64,000 bases of DNA. Origin: Azolla caroliniana. Taxonomy: Eukaryota; Plantae; Polypodiophyta. The position numbers and the translations under genes were made by a program. The notes under the pieces are model-generated. The model ran no database searches. It saw nothing but the letters and a program-made list of their open reading frames with translations, and was not told the origin of the DNA. Where the stretch lies: assembly GCA_043228905.1 (NCBI GenBank), contig JBHGNT010000015.1, positions 8,432,001 through 8,496,000 of the forward strand, read 5' to 3'. This document shows, in pieces, positions 62,173-64,000 of this stretch (positions are counted from its first letter, which is position 1; the number at the start of each line of letters is the position of its first letter).

Positions 62173-63140
62173 GAAGACCAATCCGAAGCATCCTATGCGT
62201 CGGAGATGAATTGGGTGCATGCTCTAGCCATGACCGATGCAATGTACCCCATTGGTACAAAGTGTCGCAATGAGGATGGAGACACGATCTCGTGTTTTAA
62301 TGTCACCACTCTCGTACCCCAGCGGAAACCAGTAGAAGTAAAAGACGAAGACTTCACACAACGAATCACGTGCCAAGTGAATGCCTCCTGTCGCCAAGCA
62401 AGAACATCGTCTCCTTCCAAACAGAAAATGGGGTGAGGTCCGAGAAACTTGTTGCAACAACACTCGAATCACGTCTCACTGATCTCGACGAACTTCAAAG
62501 CGCGAAACCACCCAACCAAAAAGAAACCGCACAACCACTGGCCATCCACGACTAGAGCAACGCTAACATCAGAACAAAGACACCCGTGCCATGCAAATGG
62601 GTGAACATCCATGCGATTTTCGCTCAAGGACCACACCGTGGAGAAAAGCACTAAAAAACGCCCAATGCCGCTACCAGGTTCTGGGTCCCGAAACAAATCC
62701 CACTTCCCACCCGAGACCGTACCACAACTACACGGGACACCCGACAACTGCGCACATTGGTCAAATACCCTGCCCACGTAAAGGCCATAGAACTTGACAA
62801 GACTAAACAACTAGGAGGCCGAATGCCCCATAAAAGTACTTCACAGGCCCTCCTCGTCCCTTTGACAAAGATGTCACGGGTCTGGCTCCTTAAAAATATA
62901 CAAAGACCCTCGAACAACACCCCCCCCCCCCCCCCCACACCCACCCCCTAAAGTCCTCCCAAAAACTCCTAAATTTCCCAAACTCTCACGAAACCCCCAG
63001 TGGACCCCCGTCCAACTCTACTGTCCGCATATAAACCTTGGCCCGCCCCACACTCTTTTAAACCCACCTCCTACCTTATGTCATCCCGATCATCAACTAC
63101 TCGACCCGTCTTCTCCCCCGACCTCTGTTACCGCAACCGA

Positions 63141-64000
63141 TGTCGTAAAGATTTTCGCCAACGGTGTGAAAATTGAATGGAATGTACAAAATTGAGTGTG
63201 GTTCTTTACACACAACATAAAAAAATAATACTGAAGATACCATTTTATACTAGTTTAATATCTTGGTACAAAAAGATGGAGGTCCTCAAGAGCTTTTAAA
63301 TGTACTTTACTACATTTAAAACTAATAACCAAATGTCAAGTTATGTGAATGTGAAGTTTGAGAAGAAGAAGAGAAAAACAAAATTTTAAGATATCCCACA
63401 TAGATAGGACAACATCATGATTCAAGAGTATATAAGTAAAAGTTTGTGAAGTATGCAAGGAGCACAAAAAGGTTAAGTTGTATAACTTGGATGAATAGAG
63501 TGGCCAAGTTATTCGAATAGTATTTTGGACGGAATCGGAACCGGACTCGGACGGATGACGATGGATCCGGGAGCAGGACCGGACGATGATTGGATGAAGC
63601 CGGCGAGACGGCGATGGACAAGATCGGATTGAACCGGTCGGGACATGCGGATTAGTCAGTTGATCGCGATGCATGGTGTTTTGAAGATTTTCGGTGTAAA
63701 CACAAGACCAAAAGCTTGGTAGTATTTTGTGTTTTGAAAAGGATGTGAGCAAGGCTTGAACCTTGCACCTCCAAGTTGAAATTCAATAGGCTTACCATTA
63801 AGCAAAGTCATATCTTCAAAAGCTTTACTTTGATCATTTTCTATGTAAATTCTCATATATGGTTATCATGTAATACATGAGCGCCAAATGGCAAACATGC
63901 ATCTCATGCATGTCTTGCACCCTCACAAGCATCATGTGCTTGGGGGCATCTATAAAAGAGTGGATGGGGAGGAAAAACGAGCTATGTATTAATCAAGAAA
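63141..64000 (+). mobile_element. LTR related to 24511-25601, running off the window end
   Basis: Starts TGTCGTAAAGATTTTCG. Shares TTTAATATCTTGGTACAAAAAGATGGAGGTC, the tRNA-like module and the CATG-rich pre-TATA block. Confidence 0.85.

Larger units (their letters stand above)
59847..63140 (+). mobile_element. Probable Gypsy-type element: putative LTR 59847-60335, gag-like region and aspartic protease
   Basis: Abrupt break in the Copia integrase at TGTTAAG. End ...ATCACGACA. ORF 61591-62172 has AIIDTGAG and LLGRPFL. No RT seen. Confidence 0.55.

Overview
This is eukaryotic, almost certainly land-plant (bryophyte-like) heterochromatin, and nearly all 64 kb is nested retrotransposons. About 10 decayed copies of one Ty1/Copia family dominate (gag motif YASWSYKMHQYLLGHGYW, tRNA-Met PBS). 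A four-level nest bounded by a perfect ATAAT TSD spans 21637-42599: Copia > tRNA-Trp-primed Ty3/Gypsy > a young near-intact Copia plus a gag-only non-autonomous element > a solo LTR. Also present are a chromodomain Gypsy (Tcn1-like), an APE/RT LINE, several solo LTRs and a captured 189-bp tandem array. The only host gene is a truncated 3-ketoacyl-CoA synthase pseudogene. The most unusual signals are tRNA-like (Pol III A/B-box) modules inside several different Gypsy-type LTRs, a gag-only element sharing PBS and 3' cis signals with its host, 4-bp TSDs, a duplicated PPT with a C-terminal pol extension in the dominant Copia family, and an HSE array in the chromovirus LTR. Everything was read by eye, so clade names are tentative.
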